Made by a program: the position numbers and the translations under genes. A stretch of 64,000 nt of DNA from an uncultured bacterium. GTDB taxonomy: Bacteria; Actinomycetota; Coriobacteriia; Coriobacteriales; Eggerthellaceae. The DNA is taken from assembly GCA_947564525.1 (NCBI GenBank), contig CANOCK010000001.1, positions 6,992 through 70,991 on the forward strand. The letters run 5' to 3'. Positions 26,463 through 36,138 of this stretch are shown here, in pieces. The notes beneath the pieces were generated by a model. The model saw nothing but the letters and a program-made list of their open reading frames with translations, ran no database searches and had not been told where the DNA came from. Position 1 is the stretch's first letter; every line of letters begins with the position of its first letter.

Positions 26463-27509
26463 ATGTTCGCAGCTTTCGCACAGTATCCGACCTTCTTGGT
26501 CTTCCTGGCGGTGCTCCTGGCGCTCATCTTCACGGTGGTGCTCATGCCACCGTTCATCAAGCTGCTGCGCCGGGGCCAGATAGGCCAGCAGGTGCGCGAC
26601 GACGGCCCCCAGACCCACCTGGTCAAGCAGGGCACCCCCACCATGGGCGGCGTCGTGCTCCTCGTCGCCGTGACCGTGACGGCCCTGCTGGTGGGCGTGC
26701 CGGTGCCCGAGACCTACCTCCTGCTGGGCGCCATCGTGCTCACCGGCGCCCTCGGTCTGGTGGACGACGTGTCCAAGGTGGCCCACGAGCGCTCCCTCGG
26801 GCTGACCCCCAAGGCCAAGCTGGTGGGGCAGTTCCTCATCGCCGGTGCCTTCGTCCTCGTGGCCGTGAACTGCCTGGACGTGGCGCCCACGGTGCAGATT
26901 CCCTTCGTCTACACCTTCGACCTGGGCGTGCTCACCACCGTGGTGCCCATCGGCGAGGGCGTGCGCATCCCGTGGCTGTACCTGGCCTTCTGCCTGGTGC
27001 TGCTGGTGGGGCTGTGCAACGCCGTGAACCTCACCGACGGCCTGGACGGCCTGGCGGGGGGCACGGTCATGATCGTCATGATCGTCATGGCCGCCATCGC
27101 CTTCCGCTCCAACGCCATCGAGCCCGCCATCATCGCCGCGGCCCTGGCCGGAGCGTGCATAGGGTTCCTCTGGTTCAATTCCTTCCCAGCTGACATCTTC
27201 ATGGGCGACACCGGGTCGCTCGCCCTGGGCATGGCCCTGGGATGCCTGGCGGTGGTCACCAAGACCGAGTTCGTGGTGATCATCATCGGCGGCCTTTTCG
27301 TGGCCGAGGCGCTGTCGGTCATGATCCAGGTGTTCTACTACAAGCGCACCAGGAAGCGCATCTTCCTCATGGCGCCCCTGCATCACCACTTCGAGAAGAA
27401 GGGGTGGAGCGAGACCAAGGTGGTGGTGCGCTTCTGGATCGTGTCGGGCATGCTGGCGGCGGCGGGCTTCGTGCTGTACTTCGCCGAGTCGCTCATGGCC
27501 ACGGCGTGA
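26463..27509 (+). CDS. mraY: Phospho-MurNAc-pentapeptide translocase
   Basis: Motifs KQGTPTMGG, NAVNLTDGLDGLA and FMGDTGSLALG are present, with multiple TM segments. Confidence 0.96.
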   Translation: MFAAFAQYPTFLVFLAVLLALIFTVVLMPPFIKLLRRGQIGQQVRDDGPQTHLVKQGTPTMGGVVLLVAVTVTALLVGVPVPETYLLLGAIVLTGALGLVDDVSKVAHERSLGLTPKAKLVGQFLIAGAFVLVAVNCLDVAPTVQIPFVYTFDLGVLTTVVPIGEGVRIPWLYLAFCLVLLVGLCNAVNLTDGLDGLAGGTVMIVMIVMAAIAFRSNAIEPAIIAAALAGACIGFLWFNSFPADIFMGDTGSLALGMALGCLAVVTKTEFVVIIIGGLFVAEALSVMIQVFYYKRTRKRIFLMAPLHHHFEKKGWSETKVVVRFWIVSGMLAAAGFVLYFAESLMATA

Positions 27510-27526
27510 GGGCGCGGGGCGATCGG

Positions 27527-29020
27527 ATGGGAGAGCCGGTGAGGGCAGGGTACCTGGCAGGGCGCAAGCATGCGCCGGAGAGCCTCGGCCGCGTGCTGGT
27601 CCTGGGGCTCGGCAAGAGCGGGAAGGCCTGCGTGGAGTACTTGCGCCCGCTGCTGGGCCGCCGGGTGGAGGCCCTGGCCGTGGCCGCCGGCGCCGAGACC
27701 CCCGAGGGGCGCGCCTGGGCCGAGGCCCAGGCCTGCGAGGGGCTGCGGGTGGCCTTCGACCACGAGGCCATCGAGGGCGACTACGACCTGTGCATCGCGA
27801 GCCCCGGCATATCGGAGCGCTCCGACTTCTACCGCAGCGCTGCGGCCCACAGCGCCGAGGTGGTGAGCGAGGTGGAGTTCGCTTGGCGCGAGAGCGCGGC
27901 GGATGCGGCGTGGGTGGCCATCACCGGCACCAACGGCAAGACCACCACCACGGCCCTCACGGCCCACCTGCTCCAGCAGGCGGGCTTCGCGGCCCAGGCC
28001 GTGGGCAACATCGGCGACGCCTGCATAGAGGCGGTGGCTGCGGGCCGCACCTCGGCCTACGTGGCCGAGGTGTCCTCCTATCAGCTGGCCTCCACGAGGC
28101 GGTTTGCGCCTCAGGTTGCCGTCATGCTCAACATCACGCCGGACCACCTGAGCTGGCACGGCAGCCACGAGGCCTACGTCCAGGCCAAGGAGAAGGTGCT
28201 GGCCAACCTGGCAGGCGTGCCTGGCGCCGTGGCGGTGCTGGATGCCACCAACGACACGGTGCGCGCCCTGGTCAGGCAGCTTAGGTCCCAGCCGGACGCC
28301 GAGCGCGGCTTCGCCTACGTGCCCCTGGGCACCGCGGCCGGCATCGGCGGCGACATGCGGGCGGCCTGCGGCAGCGCCAACGCGGCGTTCCTCGACGGGG
28401 AGGCGCCCGGGGGCGGCATGCTGCGCGTGGCCCTCGACGGCCGCGACCACGCCCTGGCGAGCGCCGACGAGCTGCCCCTCAAGGGGGCCCACAACGTGGG
28501 CAACGCCCTGGCGGCTGCCGCGGCGGCCCTGGCTCTGGGCGCCTCGACCGAGGCCGTGCGGGCGGGCCTGCTCGGCTTCGCCCCGCTGGAGCACCGCATA
28601 GAGCCGGCAGGGCGCGTGGGGGCCGTGGAGTGCTACAACGACTCCAAGGCCACCAACGTCGACGCCGTGCTGGTGGCCCTGCGCGCCTTCGCGCCCCGCA
28701 AGCCCGTGGTGCTGCTGGGCGGTCGCGACAAGGGCACTGACCTGGCGCCCCTCGTGGCCGCCTGTCAGGAGGACGCTGCGGGCGTGGTGCTGTTCGGGGA
28801 GGCGCGGCCGCGCTTCGCCGAGGCCTTCGCCGGCGCCGCCGTGCCCGTGGCCGAGGCCCTGGCCCTGGCCGAGGCCCTGGACGCGGGCTTGGCCCTGGCC
28901 CAGCCCGAGGGCATCGTGCTGCTCTCGCCCGCCTGCGCCTCCTTCGACGAGTTCTCCTGCTTCGAGGAGCGCGGGCGCGCCTTCAAGGCGCTCGTGGCCG
29001 ACCGGGCGGCAGGGCGGTAG
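27527..29020 (+). CDS. murD: UDP-MurNAc-L-Ala:D-Glu ligase
   Basis: VLVLGLGKSGKA and AITGTNGKTTTTAL are present. ATG at 27527 is preferred. An in-frame GTG at 27506, overlapping the mraY stop, is an alternative. Confidence 0.92.
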   Translation: MGEPVRAGYLAGRKHAPESLGRVLVLGLGKSGKACVEYLRPLLGRRVEALAVAAGAETPEGRAWAEAQACEGLRVAFDHEAIEGDYDLCIASPGISERSDFYRSAAAHSAEVVSEVEFAWRESAADAAWVAITGTNGKTTTTALTAHLLQQAGFAAQAVGNIGDACIEAVAAGRTSAYVAEVSSYQLASTRRFAPQVAVMLNITPDHLSWHGSHEAYVQAKEKVLANLAGVPGAVAVLDATNDTVRALVRQLRSQPDAERGFAYVPLGTAAGIGGDMRAACGSANAAFLDGEAPGGGMLRVALDGRDHALASADELPLKGAHNVGNALAAAAAALALGASTEAVRAGLLGFAPLEHRIEPAGRVGAVECYNDSKATNVDAVLVALRAFAPRKPVVLLGGRDKGTDLAPLVAACQEDAAGVVLFGEARPRFAEAFAGAAVPVAEALALAEALDAGLALAQPEGIVLLSPACASFDEFSCFEERGRAFKALVADRAAGR

Positions 29021-29028
29021 CGGCGGCC

Positions 29029-30210
29029 ATGGCCCGGTCTCGCTCCTCATCGGCGGTCGGCGGCACCCAGGTGCCGCGCGTCGCGCTCATCCTGGCGGTG
29101 CTGGCCCTGCTGCTGGTCGGTCTGGTGATGGTCTACTCCGCCAGCTCCGTGGCCGCCCTCGGCGAGGGCGGCTCGGCCGAGGGCGGCCTGGTCAGCCAGC
29201 TGGCCTACGCGGTGATCGGCATCGTGGCCGTGGTGGTCATCTGGCGCATCCCCTACGAGGTGTGGGTGGGGCGCCTGGTATGGGCGATCTGGGGCGTTTC
29301 GCTGGTCCTGCTGATCCTCACCGCGGTCATGGGCTCGGCCGGCTTCGGCGCCCAGCGATGGCTGGAGCTGGGGCCGGTGCGCTTCCAGCCCTCGGAGTTC
29401 GTGAAGATCGCCCTCGTGCTGGTGGCCATCCGCATCTTCTTCGACATGCGCGCTGGCGTCGTGGAGGCCCGCATGACGGCCATCCAGGTGCTGCTGTTCA
29501 TCGTGGCGCCGCTGTTCCTACTCTACGAGACCCAGTCTGACCTGGGCACCACCTTGATCTGCATCGTGGGCATCCTGGCGGTCATGTGGCTCGGCGGCGT
29601 GAAGCCCTACATCCTGGGCACCGTGCTGGTCATCGGCGCCATCTTCATGGCCTTCGCCGTGTTCGGCACCGGCTACCGCAGCGGGCGCATGGTCTACCTC
29701 GACCCGTGGAACGACGGCGAGGGCGGCTACGGCACCGGCTACAACATCATCCGGTCCTACTACGCCTTCGCCGAGGGCGGCCTGTTCGGTGTGGGGCTGG
29801 GCAACTCCCACGAGAAGTACGAGTACCTGTTCGCCTCGGACACCGACTTCATCTTCGCCGTGATCGGCGAGGAGCTGGGGCTGGTCGGGGCGCTGGCGGT
29901 CATCGCGCTGTTCCTGGTGGTGCTGGTGGCGGGCCTGCGCATATCCGGCCAGTGCTCCGATGTCATGGGCAGCGTCATGGCTGGGGCCTTCACCGTCATG
30001 CTCGTGTTCCAGGCCTTCCTCAACATCGGCTGCACCATCGGCGTGTTTCCCACCACGGGAAAGCCGCTGCCCTTCATATCGTCGGGCGGCTCGTCGATGA
30101 TCGCCAGCCTCATCATGGTGGGCCTGATCCTGTCGGTCTCCAAGGGCGACGACCCCGCCGTGCGCCGCGGCAACCTGCGCGCCGTGCGGATGGGGCCGCC
30201 CGTGGGCTAG
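29029..30210 (+). CDS. ftsW: SEDS peptidoglycan polymerase FtsW
   Basis: It is a polytopic membrane protein. Motifs RWLELGPVRFQPSEFVKIAL and GKPLPFISSGGSSMI are present, and it lies between murD and murG. Confidence 0.92.
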   Translation: MARSRSSSAVGGTQVPRVALILAVLALLLVGLVMVYSASSVAALGEGGSAEGGLVSQLAYAVIGIVAVVVIWRIPYEVWVGRLVWAIWGVSLVLLILTAVMGSAGFGAQRWLELGPVRFQPSEFVKIALVLVAIRIFFDMRAGVVEARMTAIQVLLFIVAPLFLLYETQSDLGTTLICIVGILAVMWLGGVKPYILGTVLVIGAIFMAFAVFGTGYRSGRMVYLDPWNDGEGGYGTGYNIIRSYYAFAEGGLFGVGLGNSHEKYEYLFASDTDFIFAVIGEELGLVGALAVIALFLVVLVAGLRISGQCSDVMGSVMAGAFTVMLVFQAFLNIGCTIGVFPTTGKPLPFISSGGSSMIASLIMVGLILSVSKGDDPAVRRGNLRAVRMGPPVG

Positions 30211-30229
30211 AAGCCAAGGAGGAGAAACC

Positions 30230-31345
30230 ATGGTAGTGGTGCTTTCGGGCGGCGGGACCGCCGGCCACATCAACCCGGCGCTGGCCTTGGCCGAGGCGCT
30301 GCAGGCGCGGGGCGCCGAGGTGCACTTCGCCGGCACCCCCGGCGGCCTGGAGGCGCGGCTGGTGCCCGAGACGGGCATACCGTACCAGGCCTTCGAGGCG
30401 AGCGGCTTCGATCGCTCGCGGCCGCTCACCCTCATCAAGGGCATCGCCAAGATCGAGCGCAGCGCGCATCGGGCCAAGAGGTGGTTCGCCGAGATCGACC
30501 CCGACGTGGTGGTGGGCTTCGGCGGCTACGTGTCCATCCCGGTGGCCCATGCCGCCGAGTCCCTGGGGATCCCGGTGGTCATCCACGAGCAGAACTCGGT
30601 CATGGGCCTGGCCAACAAGTACCTGGCCCGCAAGGCCACGGCCATCTGCCTGACCTACGGCCATGCCGCCCGCGCCCTGGACGAGGCGTGCCAGGCGCGG
30701 GTGGAGGTCACCGGCAACCCGGTGCGCCGCCAGGTGCTCCAGGCCACGCGGGAGGAGGGTCGCGCCCTGCTGGGCGTGCCCGACCAGGCGCGGATGCTGC
30801 TGGCCTTCGGCGGCAGCCTGGGTGCGCGGCACCTCAACGAGGCGCTGGTGGGCCTGAAGGGCGAGCTGCTGAGCCGGCCCGACCTGCGCATCGTCCAGGT
30901 GACGGGCCCCAAGGAGCTCGACGCCGTGCAGGGCGCCCTGGCCCTGGGCCCCCAGGAGGCCGAGCGCTGGCAGGTGCTCGGCTACCTGGACCAGATGGGG
31001 GCGGCCCTGGCCGCGGCGGACGCCGTGGTGTCCCGCGCCGGCGCCACCTCCCTGGCCGAGATCGCGGCGCGGGCGGTGCCGGCGCTGCTCGTGCCCTTCC
31101 CCCATGCCGCCGAGGACCACCAGACCACCAACGCCCGCGCCTACGTGGAAGGGGGCTGCGCCGCCCTCCTGGCCGACGCCGACCTCACCGACGCCTCTGG
31201 CGCGCCGACCGAGGCCTTCCGCCAGGCGGTGCTCGCCCTGGCCGACGACGTGGCCGCCTGCGACGCCATGGCCGCCTGCGCCCGGGCCCAGAGGGCCGCC
31301 GACGCCGCTGAAAACTTGGCGGATGTTGTGTGCAGGGTGGCCTAG
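30230..31345 (+). CDS. murG: Lipid II synthase MurG
   Basis: The N-terminus is MVVVLSGGGTAGHINPALALAE. The C-terminal half carries SRAGATSLAE and DHQTTNA. Confidence 0.93.
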   Translation: MVVVLSGGGTAGHINPALALAEALQARGAEVHFAGTPGGLEARLVPETGIPYQAFEASGFDRSRPLTLIKGIAKIERSAHRAKRWFAEIDPDVVVGFGGYVSIPVAHAAESLGIPVVIHEQNSVMGLANKYLARKATAICLTYGHAARALDEACQARVEVTGNPVRRQVLQATREEGRALLGVPDQARMLLAFGGSLGARHLNEALVGLKGELLSRPDLRIVQVTGPKELDAVQGALALGPQEAERWQVLGYLDQMGAALAAADAVVSRAGATSLAEIAARAVPALLVPFPHAAEDHQTTNARAYVEGGCAALLADADLTDASGAPTEAFRQAVLALADDVAACDAMAACARAQRAADAAENLADVVCRVA

Positions 31346-31362
31346 GGCGCGAGGCTCTCGTT

Positions 31363-31368
31363 TACAAT
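31363..31368 (+). promoter_or_regulatory. Candidate internal -10 box (TACAAT) upstream of murC
   Basis: GTTTACAATAGGGCTTC lies in the 116-nt murG-murC gap. It has the same TAYAAT-AGGG form as other candidate promoters here. Confidence 0.3.
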
Positions 31369-31461
31369 AGGGCTTCGAGACGGGCGCGCCCGCTGCCGGC
31401 ACCCTTGGCCGGCGGCCTTCGAGCGCGCTGAGGACACGCAAAAGGAAGAGGCGGCAGGCCT

Positions 31462-32871
31462 ATGGCTTCCATGGAATCTCGCCCCCTGCACTTCATCGGC
31501 ATCGGGGGCGTCGGCATGAGCGGCATCGCGCGCGTAGCCCACGACCAGGGCTTCGCCGTGAGCGGCTCCGACCTGCGCGAGAGCCGCTACACCAAGCAGC
31601 TGGCCGAGGCGGGCATCACGGTGTCCATCGGCCAGGACGCCAGCCACGTGCCCGAGGGCGACCCGATCGTGGTGGTGTCCACGGCCATCCTCGACAACAA
31701 CCCCGAGCTGGCCGAGGCGCGCCGGCGCGGCCTGACCATCCGCCACCGGGCCGAGGCCCTGGCGGCGCTCGGCGAGGGGCTGCGGACCCTCGGGGTGGCG
31801 GGCACCCATGGCAAGACCACCACCAGCTCCATGCTGGCCTCCACCATGGACGCCATGGGGCTGGACCCCACCTTCCTGGTGGGCGGCATCGTGCGGGCCT
31901 ACGGCAGCAACGCCCATTCGGGCCGCGGCGGCTTCTACGTGGTGGAGGCGGACGAGTCGGACAAGTCCTTCACGTTCCTGGACCCCTATGCCGTCATCGT
32001 GACCAACATCGAGGCGGACCACCTGGACCACTACGATGACCTGGCCGAGATCTACGGCAAGTTCCGCGAGTTCATCGCCAGCGTGCCGCCGGAGGGCGTC
32101 GTGGTGGTGTGCGGCGACGACGAGCGCCTGGTGGCCCTCGCCCGGGAGGCGTCCGCGGCCCCGGTGGTGACCTATGGCTTCGCCGAGGGCTGCGATGCGC
32201 GGGTGAGCTCCTGGGAGGCCCACGGCGCCGGCTCCGCCTTCGAGCTCGCGCTGCCCGACGGCCGCGTGGTGCGAAGCGCCATCAAGCAGAACCCGGGGGC
32301 CCACAACGTGCAGAACGGCGCGGGCGTGCTGGCCCTCCTCGATGCCCTGGGGCTCGACGTCGACCAGGCGGCCGAGGCGCTGCGCGGCTTCGCCGGAGTG
32401 CGCCGCCGCTTCGACGTGGTGGGCGAGGAGGCTGGCGTGACCGTGGTGGACGACTACGCCCACCATCCCACCGAGATAGCCGCCACCATCGAGGCGGCGC
32501 GGGCCCTGGACTTCCGCCGCATCCACGTGCTGTTCCAGCCCCATCGCTACTCGCGGGCCGGGTTGTTCACCGACGTGCTCAAGGACGAGTTCGGCTGCGC
32601 CTTCGACCAGGCGGACACCGTCACGTTCATGGACGTGTACCCGGCGGGCGAGACCCCCATCCCCGGCATCACCGGCAAGACGTTCCTGAACGTGGTGCTG
32701 GGGCATGACGGCCACCCCGAGGCCCACTACGTGCCGCGCCGCATCGACGTGGTGCCCCACCTGGCGGCCCTGGCCCAAGAGGGTGACCTGGTCATGACCA
32801 TGGGCGCCGGCGACGTGACCTCCATCGGCCCGGTGCTCGTCGACGAGCTGCGGCAAGGGGCGCGGGCCTAG
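31462..32871 (+). CDS. murC: UDP-MurNAc:L-Ala ligase
   Basis: Motifs HFIGIGGVGMSGIA, GVAGTHGKTTTSSML and DDYAHHPTEI are present. Confidence 0.95.
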   Translation: MASMESRPLHFIGIGGVGMSGIARVAHDQGFAVSGSDLRESRYTKQLAEAGITVSIGQDASHVPEGDPIVVVSTAILDNNPELAEARRRGLTIRHRAEALAALGEGLRTLGVAGTHGKTTTSSMLASTMDAMGLDPTFLVGGIVRAYGSNAHSGRGGFYVVEADESDKSFTFLDPYAVIVTNIEADHLDHYDDLAEIYGKFREFIASVPPEGVVVVCGDDERLVALAREASAAPVVTYGFAEGCDARVSSWEAHGAGSAFELALPDGRVVRSAIKQNPGAHNVQNGAGVLALLDALGLDVDQAAEALRGFAGVRRRFDVVGEEAGVTVVDDYAHHPTEIAATIEAARALDFRRIHVLFQPHRYSRAGLFTDVLKDEFGCAFDQADTVTFMDVYPAGETPIPGITGKTFLNVVLGHDGHPEAHYVPRRIDVVPHLAALAQEGDLVMTMGAGDVTSIGPVLVDELRQGARA

Positions 32872-32873
32872 CC

Positions 32874-33839
32874 ATGGCGCGCTCCAGCGGAAAGGGCCGT
32901 CCGCGGCCGCTCGGCGCCGCCCACGCGTCGCCAGTGGAGGCGCTGCTGGTGAGCGAGGGCTTCGACGCCGACGTGCACCCCAACGAGCCCATGGCGCGCC
33001 ACACGGCCTACCGCATCGGGGGGCCGGCGCGCTTCCTGGTGAACGCCCACAGCCTCGGTGCGCTCATGCAGCTGGTGGCCTTGTGCCGCAGCGAGGGGGT
33101 GCCCTGGGTGGTGGTGGGCCGCGGATCCAACCTGCTGGTGGCCGACGAGGGCTACCCGGGCGTGGTCATCACCTTGGGCCGAGACTTCCGCAACCTGCGG
33201 CTCGACCGCGCCAGCGGCTGGTGCGTGGCCGGGGGCGGCGCGCTGCTGGCCACGGCGGTGCAGGAGGCCTTCCGGGCCGGCTGCGCAGGGCTGGAGTTCG
33301 CCGTGGGCACGCCGGGCACCATCGGGGGCGCCCTGCGCATGAACGCCGGCACCCGCGAGGTGGGCATCGGCAGCCGCGTGGCCAGCGTGACGGTGCTCGG
33401 ACCCGACGGCGCCCTGACGCGCCGCCTGGGGGACGAGGTGTCCTGGGGCTACCGGCGCAGCTCCTTCTCGCCGGACGAGGCCATCGTCGAGTGCGAGCTG
33501 GCCTTGGAGCCAGGGGACGCCCTGGCCATCCAGCGCACCATGGAGTCTGCCCTCGCCCGTCGCAAGCGGACTCAGCCCCTGGGCCAGCCCAGCTGCGGCA
33601 GCGTGTTCCGCAACCCCGAGGGGGCCAGCGTCGGCGCCCTGGTGGAGGAGCTGGGGCTGAAGGGAGCCCGCCACGGGGGCGCCCAGGTGTCGGAGGTGCA
33701 CGGGAACTTCATCGTTAACGCGGGGGGCGCGGCCGCGCGCGACGTGCGCGCCCTCATAGACCTTGTCCAGACGAAGGTGTTGGAAGCCTATGGCATCAAA
33801 CTCGCCACGGAAGTCAGATTCCTCGGTTTCGAGGCGTAG
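32874..33839 (+). CDS. murB: UDP-N-acetylenolpyruvoylglucosamine reductase
   Basis: Motifs RIGGPARFLV, GRGSNLLVAD, SCGSVFRNP and GGAQVSEVHGNFIVN are present. Confidence 0.93.
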   Translation: MARSSGKGRPRPLGAAHASPVEALLVSEGFDADVHPNEPMARHTAYRIGGPARFLVNAHSLGALMQLVALCRSEGVPWVVVGRGSNLLVADEGYPGVVITLGRDFRNLRLDRASGWCVAGGGALLATAVQEAFRAGCAGLEFAVGTPGTIGGALRMNAGTREVGIGSRVASVTVLGPDGALTRRLGDEVSWGYRRSSFSPDEAIVECELALEPGDALAIQRTMESALARRKRTQPLGQPSCGSVFRNPEGASVGALVEELGLKGARHGGAQVSEVHGNFIVNAGGAAARDVRALIDLVQTKVLEAYGIKLATEVRFLGFEA

Positions 33840-33861
33840 CCGGGCTGCCGCTCGCGGCCGC

Positions 33862-34821
33862 GTGCAGCGCGCCGCCCGCAGCAACGCGCGTGCGACGGGC
33901 CGGGCGCGGGCTGGGGCTGGCGGCCGCCCGTCGTCGCGTCCGGTCAACGCCCGCTCCGGCTCGCTCGCGCCCACCGAGCGCTCGGTCACCTCGGTGCGCC
34001 TGGGCGACATGCGCCGCGACGCCGAGCGAGAGCGCACCAAGGCGACACGCCGCAAGCGGCTCGTGGTGGCCATCGCCGCCGTGGCCGTGGTGGTTGCCCT
34101 GGTGGTGGGGCTGGTCGCCCTCCTGCGGGCCCCGGTGTTCGTCATCGAGTCCGTGGACGTGCAGGGCGCCGACCACCTGACCGCCGAGGAGGTGGCGCAC
34201 CTGGCCCCGGTGGCCCAGGGGGCCACGCTGCTCAACGTGGACGCCGACGGCATCGTCGCCGGGCTGAAGCGCGACGCCTGGGTGCAGGACGTGACGGTCA
34301 ACCGCATCTTCCCCTCCACGCTGCAGGTGCTGGTCACCGAGCGCAAAGTGGGGGCCATCATCGAGGTTCCCACGGGCTCCACCCAGTTCATCCAGCTGTG
34401 GGCCATCGCCTCCGATGGCATGTGGCTCATGCCCATCCCCGCCCAGGACAGCGACGTGGGCAAGGGCATCAGCCCCAAGATCTACGAGGACGTGGACGCC
34501 GCCATGCGCATCGTCGGCCTGCCCTCGGGCATCAAGCCCGAGATCGGCGCCTACTGCACCGACGACGCCGTGAACAACGCCCTGCACATCGTGGACGGCA
34601 TGACCACCGAGCTGGCCGACCAGGTGCGCACCGTGTCGGCCGCCGACAAGGACTCCACCCTCATCAAGCTGGACAGCGGCGTCGAGATCGCCTTCGGCAC
34701 GGCAGAGAACATCCGCGAGAAGGAGCGCATCTGCCTGGAGATCCTCTCGAAGAACGAGGGCAAGGTGGCCTACATAAACGTGCGCGTGCCCGAGCGCCCC
34801 ACCTGGCGCAGCGCCAAGTGA
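33862..34821 (+). CDS. ftsQ: Cell-division protein FtsQ (POTRA + FtsQ domains); start uncertain
   Basis: It has an Arg-rich cytoplasmic N-terminus, a TM segment (VVAIAAVAVVVALVVGLVALL) and a POTRA-like stretch VESVDVQGADHLTAEEV...VTVNRIFPSTLQVLVTER. Candidate starts are GTG 33862, GTG 33993 and ATG 34008; none has a strong RBS. Confidence 0.75.
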   Translation: MQRAARSNARATGRARAGAGGRPSSRPVNARSGSLAPTERSVTSVRLGDMRRDAERERTKATRRKRLVVAIAAVAVVVALVVGLVALLRAPVFVIESVDVQGADHLTAEEVAHLAPVAQGATLLNVDADGIVAGLKRDAWVQDVTVNRIFPSTLQVLVTERKVGAIIEVPTGSTQFIQLWAIASDGMWLMPIPAQDSDVGKGISPKIYEDVDAAMRIVGLPSGIKPEIGAYCTDDAVNNALHIVDGMTTELADQVRTVSAADKDSTLIKLDSGVEIAFGTAENIREKERICLEILSKNEGKVAYINVRVPERPTWRSAK

Positions 34822-34850
34822 CCACGCCCGCTCCCGGCTGCGGGCCGCGC

Positions 34851-34856
34851 TATAAT
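34851..34856 (+). promoter_or_regulatory. Candidate -10 box (TATAAT) for galU
   Basis: GCGCTATAATCTGC lies 54 nt upstream of the galU ATG, in the ftsQ-galU gap. Confidence 0.4.
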
Positions 34857-34909
34857 CTGCCCTGCATGAGAATCAGCTGAGCCACCGGCTCTGACGAGAG
34901 GAACAGCCC

Positions 34910-35716
34910 ATGAAGGCACTCATACCCGCAGCGGGACTCGGCACCCGCTTCCTGCCCGCCACCAAGGCCGTCCCCAAGGAGATGCTCCTGGTGGTGGACC
35001 GCCCGGCCATCCAGTACGTGGTGGAGGAGGGCCTGGCCAGCGCCGCGGACGAGGTGGTCATCATCAACAGCCCCGAGAAGGCCGCCATCGAGGCGCACTT
35101 CACCCCCGACCCGGACTTCGTGGCGCTCCTGCGCCAGCGCGGCAAGGATGCCTACGCCGATGCCGTGGAGGCCGTGGGCAACCTGAACGTGAGCTACGTC
35201 TACCAGCGCGAGGCCCTGGGCCTCGGCCATGCTGTGCGCTGCGCTGCGGAGAAGACCGGCGACGAGCCCTTCTATGTGCTGCTGGGCGACGTGCTGGTGC
35301 CGGGCAACCAGATGCTGCCGGCCATGCAGGCCGTGAGCGACGCCCACGACGGAGCCAGCGTCATCGCCGTCATGCCGGTGCCCGAGGAGCAGGTCAGCCG
35401 CTTCGGCGTCATCGCCGGGGCCGAGGTGGAGCCGGGCGTGTGGAAGGTGGACAGCCTGGTGGAGAAGCCGGCGGTGGAGGACGCGCCGACCAACCTGGCC
35501 GTGTTCGGCCGCTACCTGCTCAGCCCGCGGGTGATGGAGCTCTTGGCCGACGTCGAGCCTGGCGTGGGCGACGAGATCCAGCTCACCGACGCCCTGGACG
35601 CGGTGCTGCGCGAGGAGGAGATGTACGCGCTGGTGGTCGACCCCTCCGAGGGCTTCGACACCGGCACCGTGGAGAGCTGGCTGGAGACCAACAACACCCT
35701 GTTCGCCCGCCGCTAG
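34910..35716 (+). CDS. galU: UTP--glucose-1-phosphate uridylyltransferase
   Basis: The N-terminus MKALIPAAGLGTRFLPATKAVPKEMLLVVDRPAIQYVVEE is canonical GalU. VEKP is also present. Confidence 0.93.
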   Translation: MKALIPAAGLGTRFLPATKAVPKEMLLVVDRPAIQYVVEEGLASAADEVVIINSPEKAAIEAHFTPDPDFVALLRQRGKDAYADAVEAVGNLNVSYVYQREALGLGHAVRCAAEKTGDEPFYVLLGDVLVPGNQMLPAMQAVSDAHDGASVIAVMPVPEEQVSRFGVIAGAEVEPGVWKVDSLVEKPAVEDAPTNLAVFGRYLLSPRVMELLADVEPGVGDEIQLTDALDAVLREEEMYALVVDPSEGFDTGTVESWLETNNTLFARR

Positions 35717-35765
35717 GCGCTCGCGACCCGCACTCGACGCCCGGGGCCGTTGCCCCTGGGCCACG

Positions 35766-35795
35766 CTGGCCAGCAGCTCCGGAGCTGCTGGCCAG
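35766..35795 (+). terminator. Perfect 30-nt palindrome after galU, a probable terminator hairpin
   Basis: CTGGCCAGCAGCTCC pairs with GGAGCTGCTGGCCAG. A second hairpin, GCGCCTTGG...CCAAGGCGC, lies about 20 nt downstream. There is no U-tract. Confidence 0.5.
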
Positions 35796-35978
35796 CCGTC
35801 GCTTCTCGTCCCTCGGCGCCTTGGCGTCCTGGGCCTCCAAGGCGCTCGATGGGAGGGCTTTCCGGAGGGGAGGCACTCCAGGGCGCTCGGCGCCGTCGGG
35901 CGCCCTTGCTGGGGCCTCGGCTGGGCCTGGTCCGTGTCCGCTGGTGAACGAGTCGGCCCCTGAGCGGCCCCCTTTCCC

Positions 35979-35984
35979 TATAAT
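35979..35984 (+). promoter_or_regulatory. Candidate -10 box (TATAAT) for the NhaC-family gene
   Basis: CCCTATAATAGGGGC matches the 12-mer TATAATAGGGGC at 38005-38016 exactly. It implies a ~150-nt leader. Confidence 0.4.
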
Positions 35985-36138
35985 AGGGGCTTGAGAAAGG
36001 GGAGGGGACGTTCGACGGGCCGGCTGCCATGGCACCACGGCGCCGCAAGCGTTTCCACGAATGCAGGAGGCGCCTTTCCCCCTTGGAGGCGCGCCGTCCG
36101 GGCATAGGGGCGCGGGCGGTTCTGAAAGAGGAGGACCG

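Noticed and set aside
22463-26644. A 1393-aa ORF on the minus strand, antisense to ftsI-murE-murF-mraY. Similar giant antisense ORFs occur at 55226-58285, 37715-40255, 46857-49208, 58452-60866 and 39783-41783.
   Set aside because: The translations are low-complexity (G/A/R/H/V/P-rich) and match no family. Each lies exactly opposite well-supported genes with textbook motifs. Stop-poor antisense frames are expected at this G+C content.
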